Part shown: positions 9,745 through 18,150 of the stretch, one piece after another
Numbering within the stretch: the first letter of the stretch is position 1
Layout of the letters: each line of letters starts with the position of its first letter
NCBI GenBank assembly: GCA_021158055.1
Contig: JAGGVJ010000041.1
Span: 1-49,545 of the forward strand
Origin: Candidatus Iainarchaeum sp.
GTDB taxonomy: Archaea; Iainarchaeota; Iainarchaeia; JAGGVJ01
Direction: 5' to 3'
Length of the DNA: 49,545 nucleotides
Notes under the pieces: generated by a model
Databases searched by the model: none
The model's input: only the letters and a program-made list of their open reading frames with translations
What the model was told of the DNA's origin: nothing
Translations under genes and position numbers: made by a program

Positions 9745-11526
9745 CTATTCCGGAACACCAGATTTGCCTATGTTTTTGTTTGAATAACCGTCATCCAAAG
9801 TGATGTCTTCAAATTCTTTGATATCCATCTTTGAAAACAGTTCTTCTTCAACATCAACTTCTTTAAGGGCATCCGGCAACAATACGTTAAGCACAAACAA
9901 ATCTTTTCCTTTCCTCTTGTAAACGACGAGCTTGATGCTTATTTCCTGGTGTCTGCATCTCAGCGTCTGATGATACACTTTCTTATGCACTGTCCTGTTT
10001 GAATGCGCGCTCAAGGTGCGAAATTCCTTGTCTGAAAGAGCAAATCTGATTCCTCTCATGCAAAGCCGGGCTTTGTATCTGAGCAAAAGATAATACTCAG
10101 AATAATCATCAACCGTACTTATCTTCTGTACTCTTGCATATGAAACATCCTTGAGGTTTACACTTTTACAATTGTCTTTCACAAAAGACTTCAAAGTCGG
10201 CTCGTCCAGCGGAACATACATGTCAAGGGACTTGTACTCTTTCAGGAAACCCGTGGGGATTTTATTTATTAGTATCCTGTACTTTTTCACAGTCAAGCCC
10301 TTCAATCTTTTTATCTTGAATATTCCTGCAGACCTGTGCAACCTCAAATTTTCAACGCTACTGATTTTTATCTTGATTGCCTTGGATTCTATTTCATTTA
10401 CCAGTTTTATGTTTGCAAAATCCTCTTCTGCAGTGCACAAGAAAGACGGTTCGTCAGTTAGTGAATCGCGCACGAGCCTGTTTTGTATCCTGCTCGAATC
10501 ATGCGGCATGGAATCAAAAAAGCTCTGGAGCCTTTCTCCTTCAGGAAACTTTTTTGTTTTCCTGTAAGAAAACAAAGAAAATTTATCCTTGTCAGTGGCA
10601 CTTGACTGGCCCACAAGAAGAGTTTCTTCCTCCAGATTGAACTTCAACGAGCACATGGGACTGTTGGTTGCTGTGTCATACATGGAAATCTGAAGGTATC
10701 TTTCGCGGGGGGTTTTGTAAACATTGCTTCTTATCTGGAAATAAGTGCCGTTGCCTGCCAGCAGGTTGATATCCGTGGCAAAGGGAATAAATTTCTGCAA
10801 ACCTGATTTTTTCTGGATTTTTTGGTCAACAAACATGCTTGTGAATATAATTGGGACTCCCACAAGTTTCACTTTGTGCCCGCGTGACGAAAAATTCACA
10901 AGGTCAATGAAATGCGTAACGCAATCGTGTAGCACGCCGATAGATGGCCTGTTTGAGATTGCCCTCATTTTGTTGAACTCAAGCAGAATCGGCGGCATAT
11001 AGCTTAAGTTTTCAATTTTTTCTGTTTCAATGATGTTTTTCAGCCCCAGAAAATGACGGAACGCCAGCGAAAACCTGAACTGATACGCCACTCTTATGTC
11101 AAGATGGTGTTCTTGCTGGAGTTTTATTATTTCCTTTATGTCAGCTATGTTATCCGACAGGGGCTTTTCAACCAGAATGCGCCAGGGCTTATCCTTTTTC
11201 ACAAGTTCTGCAATGATATTCTTGTGGGTTGTGATTGGCGTGACTATTATCACTAAACTGTCTTTTAACCCCTCAAGACAGCAAACATCCTGCAACGCTT
11301 CAATCCCTTTGCCTGAACCGGCAGACAATGTGCAGGCAAGTTCTTCAGCACTGTTCTTGTTTATATCAACAATTCTTGAAATGCTGATGGCATTTTCTTT
11401 CTGCAGATCAAGTAAAGTGCTGACATAACCTTCAGCAATTCGCCTTCCCGCTCCGATTATTACAATATCTCTTTTTTTCATAAAATTCTTCTCCTTTTTC
11501 ACAGCATCTTCTTTGGTGTCCCACAA
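9745..11526 (-). CDS. Gfo/Idh/MocA oxidoreductase fused to a degenerate CYTH-like domain
   Basis: IIGAG, TP...H, VEKP, YQFRF and D...H..D motifs. C-terminal ~185 aa ends EDITLDDGYSNKNIG, resembling the CYTH EVT.D..Y.N..L motif. Confidence 0.8.
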   Translation of the reverse strand: MWDTKEDAVKKEKNFMKKRDIVIIGAGRRIAEGYVSTLLDLQKENAISISRIVDINKNSAEELACTLSAGSGKGIEALQDVCCLEGLKDSLVIIVTPITTHKNIIAELVKKDKPWRILVEKPLSDNIADIKEIIKLQQEHHLDIRVAYQFRFSLAFRHFLGLKNIIETEKIENLSYMPPILLEFNKMRAISNRPSIGVLHDCVTHFIDLVNFSSRGHKVKLVGVPIIFTSMFVDQKIQKKSGLQKFIPFATDINLLAGNGTYFQIRSNVYKTPRERYLQISMYDTATNSPMCSLKFNLEEETLLVGQSSATDKDKFSLFSYRKTKKFPEGERLQSFFDSMPHDSSRIQNRLVRDSLTDEPSFLCTAEEDFANIKLVNEIESKAIKIKISSVENLRLHRSAGIFKIKRLKGLTVKKYRILINKIPTGFLKEYKSLDMYVPLDEPTLKSFVKDNCKSVNLKDVSYARVQKISTVDDYSEYYLLLRYKARLCMRGIRFALSDKEFRTLSAHSNRTVHKKVYHQTLRCRHQEISIKLVVYKRKGKDLFVLNVLLPDALKEVDVEEELFSKMDIKEFEDITLDDGYSNKNIGKSGVPE

Positions 11527-11527
11527 C

Positions 11528-14227
11528 TCACTTCAACGAACTCATCAAATCTTTCAGAAACTTTTTTGTCTTCAAAATGTTTCCGGAAACTTTTAGGAAA
11601 AGATTTTCCCCGTCAGATAACATGTTTGCATCCTCATAGCTTGTGCCTGAATCTATCAAAAAATCCCTGATTTTCAGGTATTCTTCTTTGTTTATCAGAA
11701 TAAGCATGTATTTGTCATCAAATTTTGTTCTCAATTTGCCTCCGCAAAGAGAAGATAAAAATTCTGCCAAAGGGCGTCTTTTTTTATTCAGCGCCTTGCA
11801 CGCACCAGAAGAGCCCAGAGTTATCACATAAGAAAAACCATTCTTTCCGCAGTAACAAATCCTATTACCATTCATAGTCAAACCGCTCACAACATCAACA
11901 CTCAGAATCTCGGCGGGAATTATTCCCGGACTTGAATCTTCACCCTCATAAATGTATATTCCTTCAAAAGGTTTCGACACTGCAATAATTCCACACCTGT
12001 CATTTTCAGCACTGCTGCCAACACCACTGTTTTTTCCAATGCCATTACCTTTCCCGACACCGTCGTATCCGGCAATAAGGACGTGTTCTATTCTCTTTGA
12101 CTCACTGCCTTCAAGTATTCTCACAAACTCGCCTGAGCAAGAAAACACTTTAACCGCTCCGATGTCTTCACCGTCGGCAACATAAATCCGGTTCCTGCCT
12201 GTATAAATGTGGTTCGGGTGCTTTATGTGTGGATTTTCTATTTTTTTTAAGGAAACACTCGGATCTGAAGAATCCAAATCAAACACAAGTATTCCCGGCT
12301 TGTTTTTCAATCGCTTCATTGAATCTTCAAGAAAACTCATTGGCCCGGGCAGATAAAACGATACATATACTTTATTATTTTTCAGGCAGATATCAGCAAT
12401 TCCCCCAAAGAAATGCTGGTCTGAACCAAACCGTATTCTGGTAGCTGGTTCCAACTGGCGTGGCGGCACATGCATGACTATTTTGCCTTTCATGTCAAAA
12501 ACATATATTTCTCTTTCATGCGGGGTGCCTTTGCCCTCAACAAGCAATGCAATCCTTGAAGTATCACAACACGAACCCCTGATTCTTTTGCGCCCGTTGC
12601 GAAAAATTTCTTTCCCTATTTTTTCGACTGATTTCCCTGATTTTTCAGTCACGCAGATAAAATCGCATCCTGTAACCAGAACATTTCCCGAATTATTTGA
12701 ATCCAACTCGCGCATTTTGAGAACAGGGCTGCAGCATTCAAAAGAACTGCTGCAATCGACTATTTTTACAAGATACTTTCCAAACGCCCCGGAATCCCAC
12801 AGTTCCACAGGGGTCTGATTGTTATTTTTTCCCAATAAGCGGATGCGGCTAAAAGCATTTGCAAGCATGCGCCTTGCAGATAGGATTTGGTTTGATGACA
12901 GCCACTTTGTTTCGCTTACCGGGAAAATTTTTTCAGATTTTGAACGCTCGACGTTTTTGTAATGGGAAAAATCTTTGTCAATGATTTTAATGCCGAACTT
13001 CTCAGGGTTTTTGGAAAAAACAGACCCGGGAAACGGCATGAATATTTCACTGGACACATTGTCTGGTTGGGTTTCCTTGAAGAAAGTGATAGTTGTCTTG
13101 ATGCTTTCCATGTCCTGCTGTGGCAATCCGACCATGGCATAAAATTCAGCTGTTATCCCCGAATCTTTGATGAATCTGCATGCTCTTGCATTTTGCTCCA
13201 AAGTAATGTTCTTGTTGGTTGCATCAAGCACTTTCTGGTCGCCGCTTTCAAGACCGATAGATATTTTCCTTGCGCCGGCCAGATACATGAGTTCAGGCAA
13301 CTCTTGCTTCACTGAATCAGCTCTTGTCATGCATCTCCATTTGACAGGCAGCTTTCTTTTGATAATATCCCTGCAAAATCTTTCAACTCTTTTGGGGTCT
13401 GTCATAAAACAATCATCGTAAAACTCAAAGTTAAACACCCCCCACTTCTCCATTATCATTTCAATGTCATTAAGCACTTTTTCCACGCGGCGATAACGTA
13501 TGTTTCTTGATGGATTGATGCTGTGGTAACTGCAGAAAAAACATCTGTTTGGGCAGCCAAAAGAACTCACGAGTTGAAAAGACGGCTCGCCGTTGAAGTT
13601 ATCTGAACAAAAATCATAGTTGGATAAGTTAATATCTTCCAGGGGCAACGGCGGCAGTGCATTGGGATCAGGCAGGTCCGCATACCCTGTAAAACAGGGG
13701 GTTCCGCTGGAATCCTTGTACCAGATTCCCTTAATATTGGTGATGCCGTTAATGCCGCTGACTTCGTTGATTCCGCTGATTGACAGCTTGTCTTTTGTAT
13801 TTCCTGTCACGGATTTAATTTTTATTAATGACATAAGTTTTATTATTGTATCCTGCCCCTCGCCGTGGACAACAAGATCAGCGTACTTTACGGTTTCCTT
13901 TGGCAGCAGTGAAGAATGAACGCCGCCCGCTACAGTGATAATGCCCGGGTTTATTTTCTTTATCCTCATCAATAACTCATACATAACGTCCGAAAGATAG
14001 GACTCGTTTATGGAAAAAACGATGACTGGAGGGTTTTTTTCTTCAATGTAGCTTTCCAGATTAAAATCTGTATCTGTAGCCAGATTCACAAAATCAATAT
14101 TTGTTTTTGCTTTAAAATGTTCCTTCAAAGAAGAATATATATACAGGGCTCCCAGCGCGGGCTTTGAATTCAGGAACCTGTCCGGGGAAGACATATTAAT
14201 AACAAGAATATTTTCTTTCTCCTGCAT
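11528..14227 (-). CDS. Cobalamin-binding radical SAM enzyme (class B methylase-like) with a C-terminal NHL/beta-propeller region
   Basis: PALG..YI, GGVH and GEGQ B12-domain motifs; GCPNRCFFC; FYDDCF; GLESG; GLP. C-terminal P.HI....IYVAD....VKVF...GEFV repeat. Confidence 0.88.
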   Translation of the reverse strand: MQEKENILVINMSSPDRFLNSKPALGALYIYSSLKEHFKAKTNIDFVNLATDTDFNLESYIEEKNPPVIVFSINESYLSDVMYELLMRIKKINPGIITVAGGVHSSLLPKETVKYADLVVHGEGQDTIIKLMSLIKIKSVTGNTKDKLSISGINEVSGINGITNIKGIWYKDSSGTPCFTGYADLPDPNALPPLPLEDINLSNYDFCSDNFNGEPSFQLVSSFGCPNRCFFCSYHSINPSRNIRYRRVEKVLNDIEMIMEKWGVFNFEFYDDCFMTDPKRVERFCRDIIKRKLPVKWRCMTRADSVKQELPELMYLAGARKISIGLESGDQKVLDATNKNITLEQNARACRFIKDSGITAEFYAMVGLPQQDMESIKTTITFFKETQPDNVSSEIFMPFPGSVFSKNPEKFGIKIIDKDFSHYKNVERSKSEKIFPVSETKWLSSNQILSARRMLANAFSRIRLLGKNNNQTPVELWDSGAFGKYLVKIVDCSSSFECCSPVLKMRELDSNNSGNVLVTGCDFICVTEKSGKSVEKIGKEIFRNGRKRIRGSCCDTSRIALLVEGKGTPHEREIYVFDMKGKIVMHVPPRQLEPATRIRFGSDQHFFGGIADICLKNNKVYVSFYLPGPMSFLEDSMKRLKNKPGILVFDLDSSDPSVSLKKIENPHIKHPNHIYTGRNRIYVADGEDIGAVKVFSCSGEFVRILEGSESKRIEHVLIAGYDGVGKGNGIGKNSGVGSSAENDRCGIIAVSKPFEGIYIYEGEDSSPGIIPAEILSVDVVSGLTMNGNRICYCGKNGFSYVITLGSSGACKALNKKRRPLAEFLSSLCGGKLRTKFDDKYMLILINKEEYLKIRDFLIDSGTSYEDANMLSDGENLFLKVSGNILKTKKFLKDLMSSLK

Positions 14228-14296
14228 ACTAATCCTTAAGGGAAAATATAAATATAAACAAATTGGATGTTGTTTGTTCTTGGTTAACAGTTTGTA

Positions 14297-14341
14297 GTGA
14301 ACTACCCCACCCTTACGGATGGGGACTTACGGAAAGGTTAA
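14297..14341 (+). repeat. Palindromic element, copy 1 (IS200/IS605-end-like hairpin) upstream of pyrH
   Basis: gtgaactaCCCCAcCCttacGGaTGGGGacttacggaaaggttaa. Homologous copy at 40377-40422 on the minus strand. Confidence 0.7.
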
Positions 14342-14415
14342 GTAATAAAATTGATTTAATTATTTACATAAATTATCTTATCACAATAAATGAATTTTTT
14401 ACGGGAAGTGGTTTT

Positions 14416-15099
14416 TTGAAAAATATTGTCATTTCAATGGGTGGTTCGGTTCTTTTTAACGAAAACTTTGAGCCTGAAAGGATTAAAAAGTTTGCGTCGA
14501 TGATTGCGGGTTTAAAAAAAGATGGTTTTGAAGTCGGTGTTGTTGTCGGCGGAGGAAAGATGTGCGGTAAATACGTTGACGCCGCCAGAGGCCTTGGAGC
14601 GAACGAGTTTTTCTGCGATGATCTGGGAATGAAGGTTACAAGGGTTAACGCGTTTCTTTTCATTCAGGCTTTGGGTGATATTGCGTCTCCTCAAGTGGTC
14701 ACTGATTATTTTGAAGCAAAAAAGATTATGGGTTCAGGAAAAGTGACTGTCATGGGCGGAATGCTCCCGTCAATTACAACTGACGCGGTTGCGGCTCTTT
14801 TGGCTGAGTTTGTTGAAAGTGATCTTGTGAACGTGACCAATGTCAGGGGCGTTTACTCTGATGACCCGACAAAAAACAGTGATGCAGAGTTTCACAAGCA
14901 AATGTCTTTTGAAGAAATGGTCTTGCTTTCGTCCGAAAAAGATTCAAGGCGCGCCAGGTCAAACTTTGTTTTTGATGCGATAGCCTCCAAGATAATCGCG
15001 AGAAGCAAAGTAAGAACAAGCATCGTGGGTTCGGATTCAGTTGAAAACATCCTGAAGGCCGTTAAAAGAAAAGGGTTTGACGGCACTTTAATCGGATGA
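14416..15099 (+). CDS. pyrH: UMP kinase
   Basis: IVISMGGS, VVVGGG, TTDAVAA and TNVRGVY..DP motifs. Start moved to TTG at 14416 to match family length. Confidence 0.95.
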   Translation: MKNIVISMGGSVLFNENFEPERIKKFASMIAGLKKDGFEVGVVVGGGKMCGKYVDAARGLGANEFFCDDLGMKVTRVNAFLFIQALGDIASPQVVTDYFEAKKIMGSGKVTVMGGMLPSITTDAVAALLAEFVESDLVNVTNVRGVYSDDPTKNSDAEFHKQMSFEEMVLLSSEKDSRRARSNFVFDAIASKIIARSKVRTSIVGSDSVENILKAVKRKGFDGTLIG

Positions 15100-15171
15100 T
15101 GAAATCAATTAAATAAAATGATTTAAAAATGATTTATCCCTTTAAGTAAGTAATGCAGTTGATTAGGTGGA

Positions 15172-15230
15172 ATTTAGTTATTTCAAATGATATTTAGCTA
15201 TTTCAGGTAATATTTAGTTGTTAATAGCGT
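15172..15230. repeat. Degenerate 20-bp tandem repeat x3
   Basis: atttagttatttcaaatgat / atttagctatttcaggtaat / atttagttgttaatagcgt. Confidence 0.65.
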
Positions 15231-15257
15231 ATGTTGAAGAACGGGTTGGTGAATTGA

Positions 15258-16016
15258 ATGGTGTTTCGAAAGTTTGTTGAAAAACATGTCAATGATGAAT
15301 GTTTAAGGTTTCTTGGTTTGTTCATGGTGGTTTTGGGTTTTGTTTCCCTGATGGCCACGGTTTTTGTTTACATGCAGTTGGATTCGGCGCTTTCTTCAAC
15401 GCAAAAATATTCAGACGCGCTTGATTCGATAGACAACGATGTCAGGATAACAATTGACAGGTTTGGCGAAGCTGTTTCAAGCATGAACAGTTCATTCGGC
15501 GAGTTTGAAACAGCCATTTTCACGATGTCAACCAACCTTGGTGAAATGGGCGACAACCTTGAAGACGAAGGGGAAAAACTGCAGTCGTATGTGAGTGGTT
15601 CCACTGTAACAAACCAGATGTTTTCTTCGCTTGGAAGTTCCCTGGCTGAATCAGGCTCTTCCATTAAAAGCGCTACTTACGGCTTTGACAATATTTCTTA
15701 TTCGTTTTCGTCAACCGCGAAAAAATTCGATTCTTTTACGGAAGGCCTTGACTCGGTAAAGACCTCGCTTTCGTCTGCAAAAAACGAAGTTGTTTCGTCC
15801 ATTTCAAGCCTTCGCAGCATTTCATTTGTCGTGCTCGTGCTTGGGACCATGTTTTCTCTGGTGTTCATATTAAACGGGATTGCATACGGTTTGATTTACA
15901 TCAGTCTCAAGAGATTCCAGCTGAAGTTAGAGCAAGGGACAGTTGCCGGGGACAGTGACAAAACCACCAAGCCGGTTAGCGGTTCAAGCAGTTTTGTAAG
16001 CAGTTCGAAAAAGTGA
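15258..16016 (+). CDS. Hypothetical membrane protein, two TM helices flanking a Ser-rich helical/coiled-coil domain
   Basis: GGTGA Shine-Dalgarno, two hydrophobic segments, heptad-like pattern between them. Confidence 0.7.
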   Translation: MVFRKFVEKHVNDECLRFLGLFMVVLGFVSLMATVFVYMQLDSALSSTQKYSDALDSIDNDVRITIDRFGEAVSSMNSSFGEFETAIFTMSTNLGEMGDNLEDEGEKLQSYVSGSTVTNQMFSSLGSSLAESGSSIKSATYGFDNISYSFSSTAKKFDSFTEGLDSVKTSLSSAKNEVVSSISSLRSISFVVLVLGTMFSLVFILNGIAYGLIYISLKRFQLKLEQGTVAGDSDKTTKPVSGSSSFVSSSKK

Positions 16017-16034
16017 TTTGTAAGCGGTGTTGCT

Positions 16035-17045
16035 TTAGCCTGACAGGGAGTCAAGTTCAAAGTCTTCCCATTTCCGGAGTCCGAGCGCTATTTCAATTTC
16101 TGCCGGCGAGACAACAGGCTTGTTTAATTTTGCAATGCCGTCAAAAGTTATGCGCGGGCACGCCGTGTTTACATAGCAGTCAAGATCAAGGTTTGTCAGC
16201 TGTTCTGCGGAAATGTTTTCTGTGTCTATCAGGAACGCGGTTTTTCCTGACTTTTTTATTTTTTCAACAAGTTCTTTTGCCAGCGAAAGCCTTTCCTGTC
16301 CCTTTTTTCGACTGACTGCAACCCCAAAAACTTTGCATCTGGAGGCGGCATCAATTAACCCGAACCTTTTTTTCAAAAATTTGTCTTTGAAGCTTTTGTC
16401 AAGCAAAGAAATGTCTTTTGAGTGGGGCCTGTAGACATAAACAGGTTTTGAAGAGTAAATTGTTGCTCCAAGCGGGTGGAATAACCCGTCGCCGATAAAA
16501 AGTATTGCGTCAAATTCCATGCTTGTGTTGTCAAGGGTTGAAAAATCACAGCCCAAGACCTGCCCGTTGACGGGGGTTCTTTTGGTTTTCCCGCCGATAA
16601 GTGCTTTTTTGCCTGTTTTTTCCAGTCCGGCTTTCATGTCCTCAAGAAAACCTGTGTATTGCGCGGTTGCTATGAGTGCGATTTTTTTTTCCTTTATTTT
16701 TTTTTCAATGGCCTGAAGCGTTTGAAGGTCGATTGAATCTTTTTTGGTTTCGTATTTTCCTTCAACATATATTACAGGTATTGCGGTTTTTTCAAGCAAT
16801 GGGAGGTGTCCGACGTGCAGCAGGGCCTGCGCTCCAAGGGATTTGAGTTTTTCGTCTGCAAGGTCGCATGCGCCAAAGCACGGCTCTGCGTTTATTATCA
16901 CTTCGCAGTTGCATTTTTCACTTATGGTCTTGGCAATCAAGCATGCTTTCGGTTTCAGGCCTTCGGGAAGCTGCAGCCCTACAACAGAGTAGTTTGCCTT
17001 TTTTATTTTTTTTACGGCTTTGTCAAAGTTTAGAATAAGTTCCAT
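16035..17045 (-). CDS. dph2: Diphthamide biosynthesis enzyme Dph2
   Basis: LQLPEGLK, CFGACD, GQVLGC, GDGLFH and TACPRI motifs. Confidence 0.96.
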   Translation of the reverse strand: MELILNFDKAVKKIKKANYSVVGLQLPEGLKPKACLIAKTISEKCNCEVIINAEPCFGACDLADEKLKSLGAQALLHVGHLPLLEKTAIPVIYVEGKYETKKDSIDLQTLQAIEKKIKEKKIALIATAQYTGFLEDMKAGLEKTGKKALIGGKTKRTPVNGQVLGCDFSTLDNTSMEFDAILFIGDGLFHPLGATIYSSKPVYVYRPHSKDISLLDKSFKDKFLKKRFGLIDAASRCKVFGVAVSRKKGQERLSLAKELVEKIKKSGKTAFLIDTENISAEQLTNLDLDCYVNTACPRITFDGIAKLNKPVVSPAEIEIALGLRKWEDFELDSLSG

Positions 17046-17094
17046 TTTTTAAAACCAAGTGTCTGAAAAAATCTTTTTTATGAATTGTGATTTT

Positions 17095-17146
17095 AGAAAC
17101 AAAAAATAAGAAAAGAAAAAAAGAGGAAAGGGGCTTGAACCCCTTT
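17095..17146 (-). terminator. Hairpin plus T-tract after rpl10e
   Basis: AAAGGGG-cttgaa-CCCCTTT stem (17127-17146), followed on the minus strand by T-runs. Confidence 0.6.
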
Positions 17147-17154
17147 TGCGGTTG

Positions 17155-17898
17155 TTATTTTTTGTCTTTTGAGTCCTTTGATTTTTCGTCTTTGGATTCC
17201 GTTTTTTCTTCTTTGGTGTTTGTTTTGTCTTTGGTGCCGGTTTCATCCTTGGTGCCGGTTTCATCCTTGGACTCTGTTTTTTCCTCTTTGCCTTCCTCGG
17301 CTGTGGGTTCTGCAACCGGGACCGGTTCTTCTTCTTCGCTTATCTTTACTTTTGCAGTGACTTTTACTTTCTTTTGAGTGCTCATTTCAACTCTGCTCGT
17401 GACCGGCAGCCTTGATTTTGCCTTTCTTAAAGCGTCGCGCACTTGTTTTTCAAATTGCTGGTCGCTTTCAATAGTGATTATGGGCTGGTTTGATTTTACT
17501 CTTGCGGCCAAGCCGATGGTTTTTCCAAAGGATTTTCTCATTCCCTGCTGGATACGGTCGGCGCCTGCACCGGTGTATTGCTTGTTTTCCCTTAAGATGT
17601 GGTGCGGGTAAACTCTTATTTTTATTTTGTAGTTTAATTTGCCGATTTCTCCGCCTAAAAACCTGTTGATTGTGGTCCTGACTGATTCAAGGGCATTGTG
17701 CCTGATTTGCCCGTTTTGCGTTGTGATAAGATCAAATTTCCTGTCAAAACTGCCGTTCAGGTTTCCGATGTCGAACATTCTTATCTTTGAACCCGGGATT
17801 CCTCCGACGTAGTTTCTCCTGTGGACTTTCACTGATTTTCTTGTGTATGCCGGACCAGTGACTTTGCTGTAACATTTTGCAGGCCTCAATGATACCAT
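17155..17898 (-). CDS. rpl10e: 50S ribosomal protein uL16 (L10e) with a long charged C-terminal tail
   Basis: LRPAKCY, IRHNALES.R and YPHHILRENK...GAGADR...GMR..FGK motifs. GAGGTGA Shine-Dalgarno before ATG 17898. Confidence 0.96.
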   Translation of the reverse strand: MVSLRPAKCYSKVTGPAYTRKSVKVHRRNYVGGIPGSKIRMFDIGNLNGSFDRKFDLITTQNGQIRHNALESVRTTINRFLGGEIGKLNYKIKIRVYPHHILRENKQYTGAGADRIQQGMRKSFGKTIGLAARVKSNQPIITIESDQQFEKQVRDALRKAKSRLPVTSRVEMSTQKKVKVTAKVKISEEEEPVPVAEPTAEEGKEEKTESKDETGTKDETGTKDKTNTKEEKTESKDEKSKDSKDKK

Positions 17899-18060
17899 TA
17901 ACTTCACCTCAAAATAAGACTATTGCTTTTATGCAAAAGAGTGTCATATAATTGATTTATAAAATTTTGCTGTTTGTGTGCAAATTAGTAATACTAATGT
18001 GGTCTGTTTCCTTTTTATTTTTAATGCTGTTTTGGTGCAATTAATTTTGGTTTTTTGAAA

Positions 18061-18100
18061 AAATGTTATTAATACTTTTAAAATGTTATTAATACTTTTA
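18061..18100. repeat. Perfect 20-bp tandem duplication in a divergent promoter region
   Basis: aaatgttattaatactttta x2. Confidence 0.9.
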
Positions 18101-18150
18101 TATACTATCTTTATGTGTGGAAAAGGATATTTGTTTTTGGGTGAGATATA

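Noticed and set aside
14230-14400. Intact IS200/IS605 or OMEGA (IscB/TnpB) element
   Set aside because: Only a ~45-bp hairpin is present, with no transposase, nuclease or extended RNA scaffold.
14263-14415. 51-aa N-terminal extension of PyrH in the ORF track
   Set aside because: It runs through the palindrome and AT-rich promoter DNA. Family similarity starts at TTG 14416.
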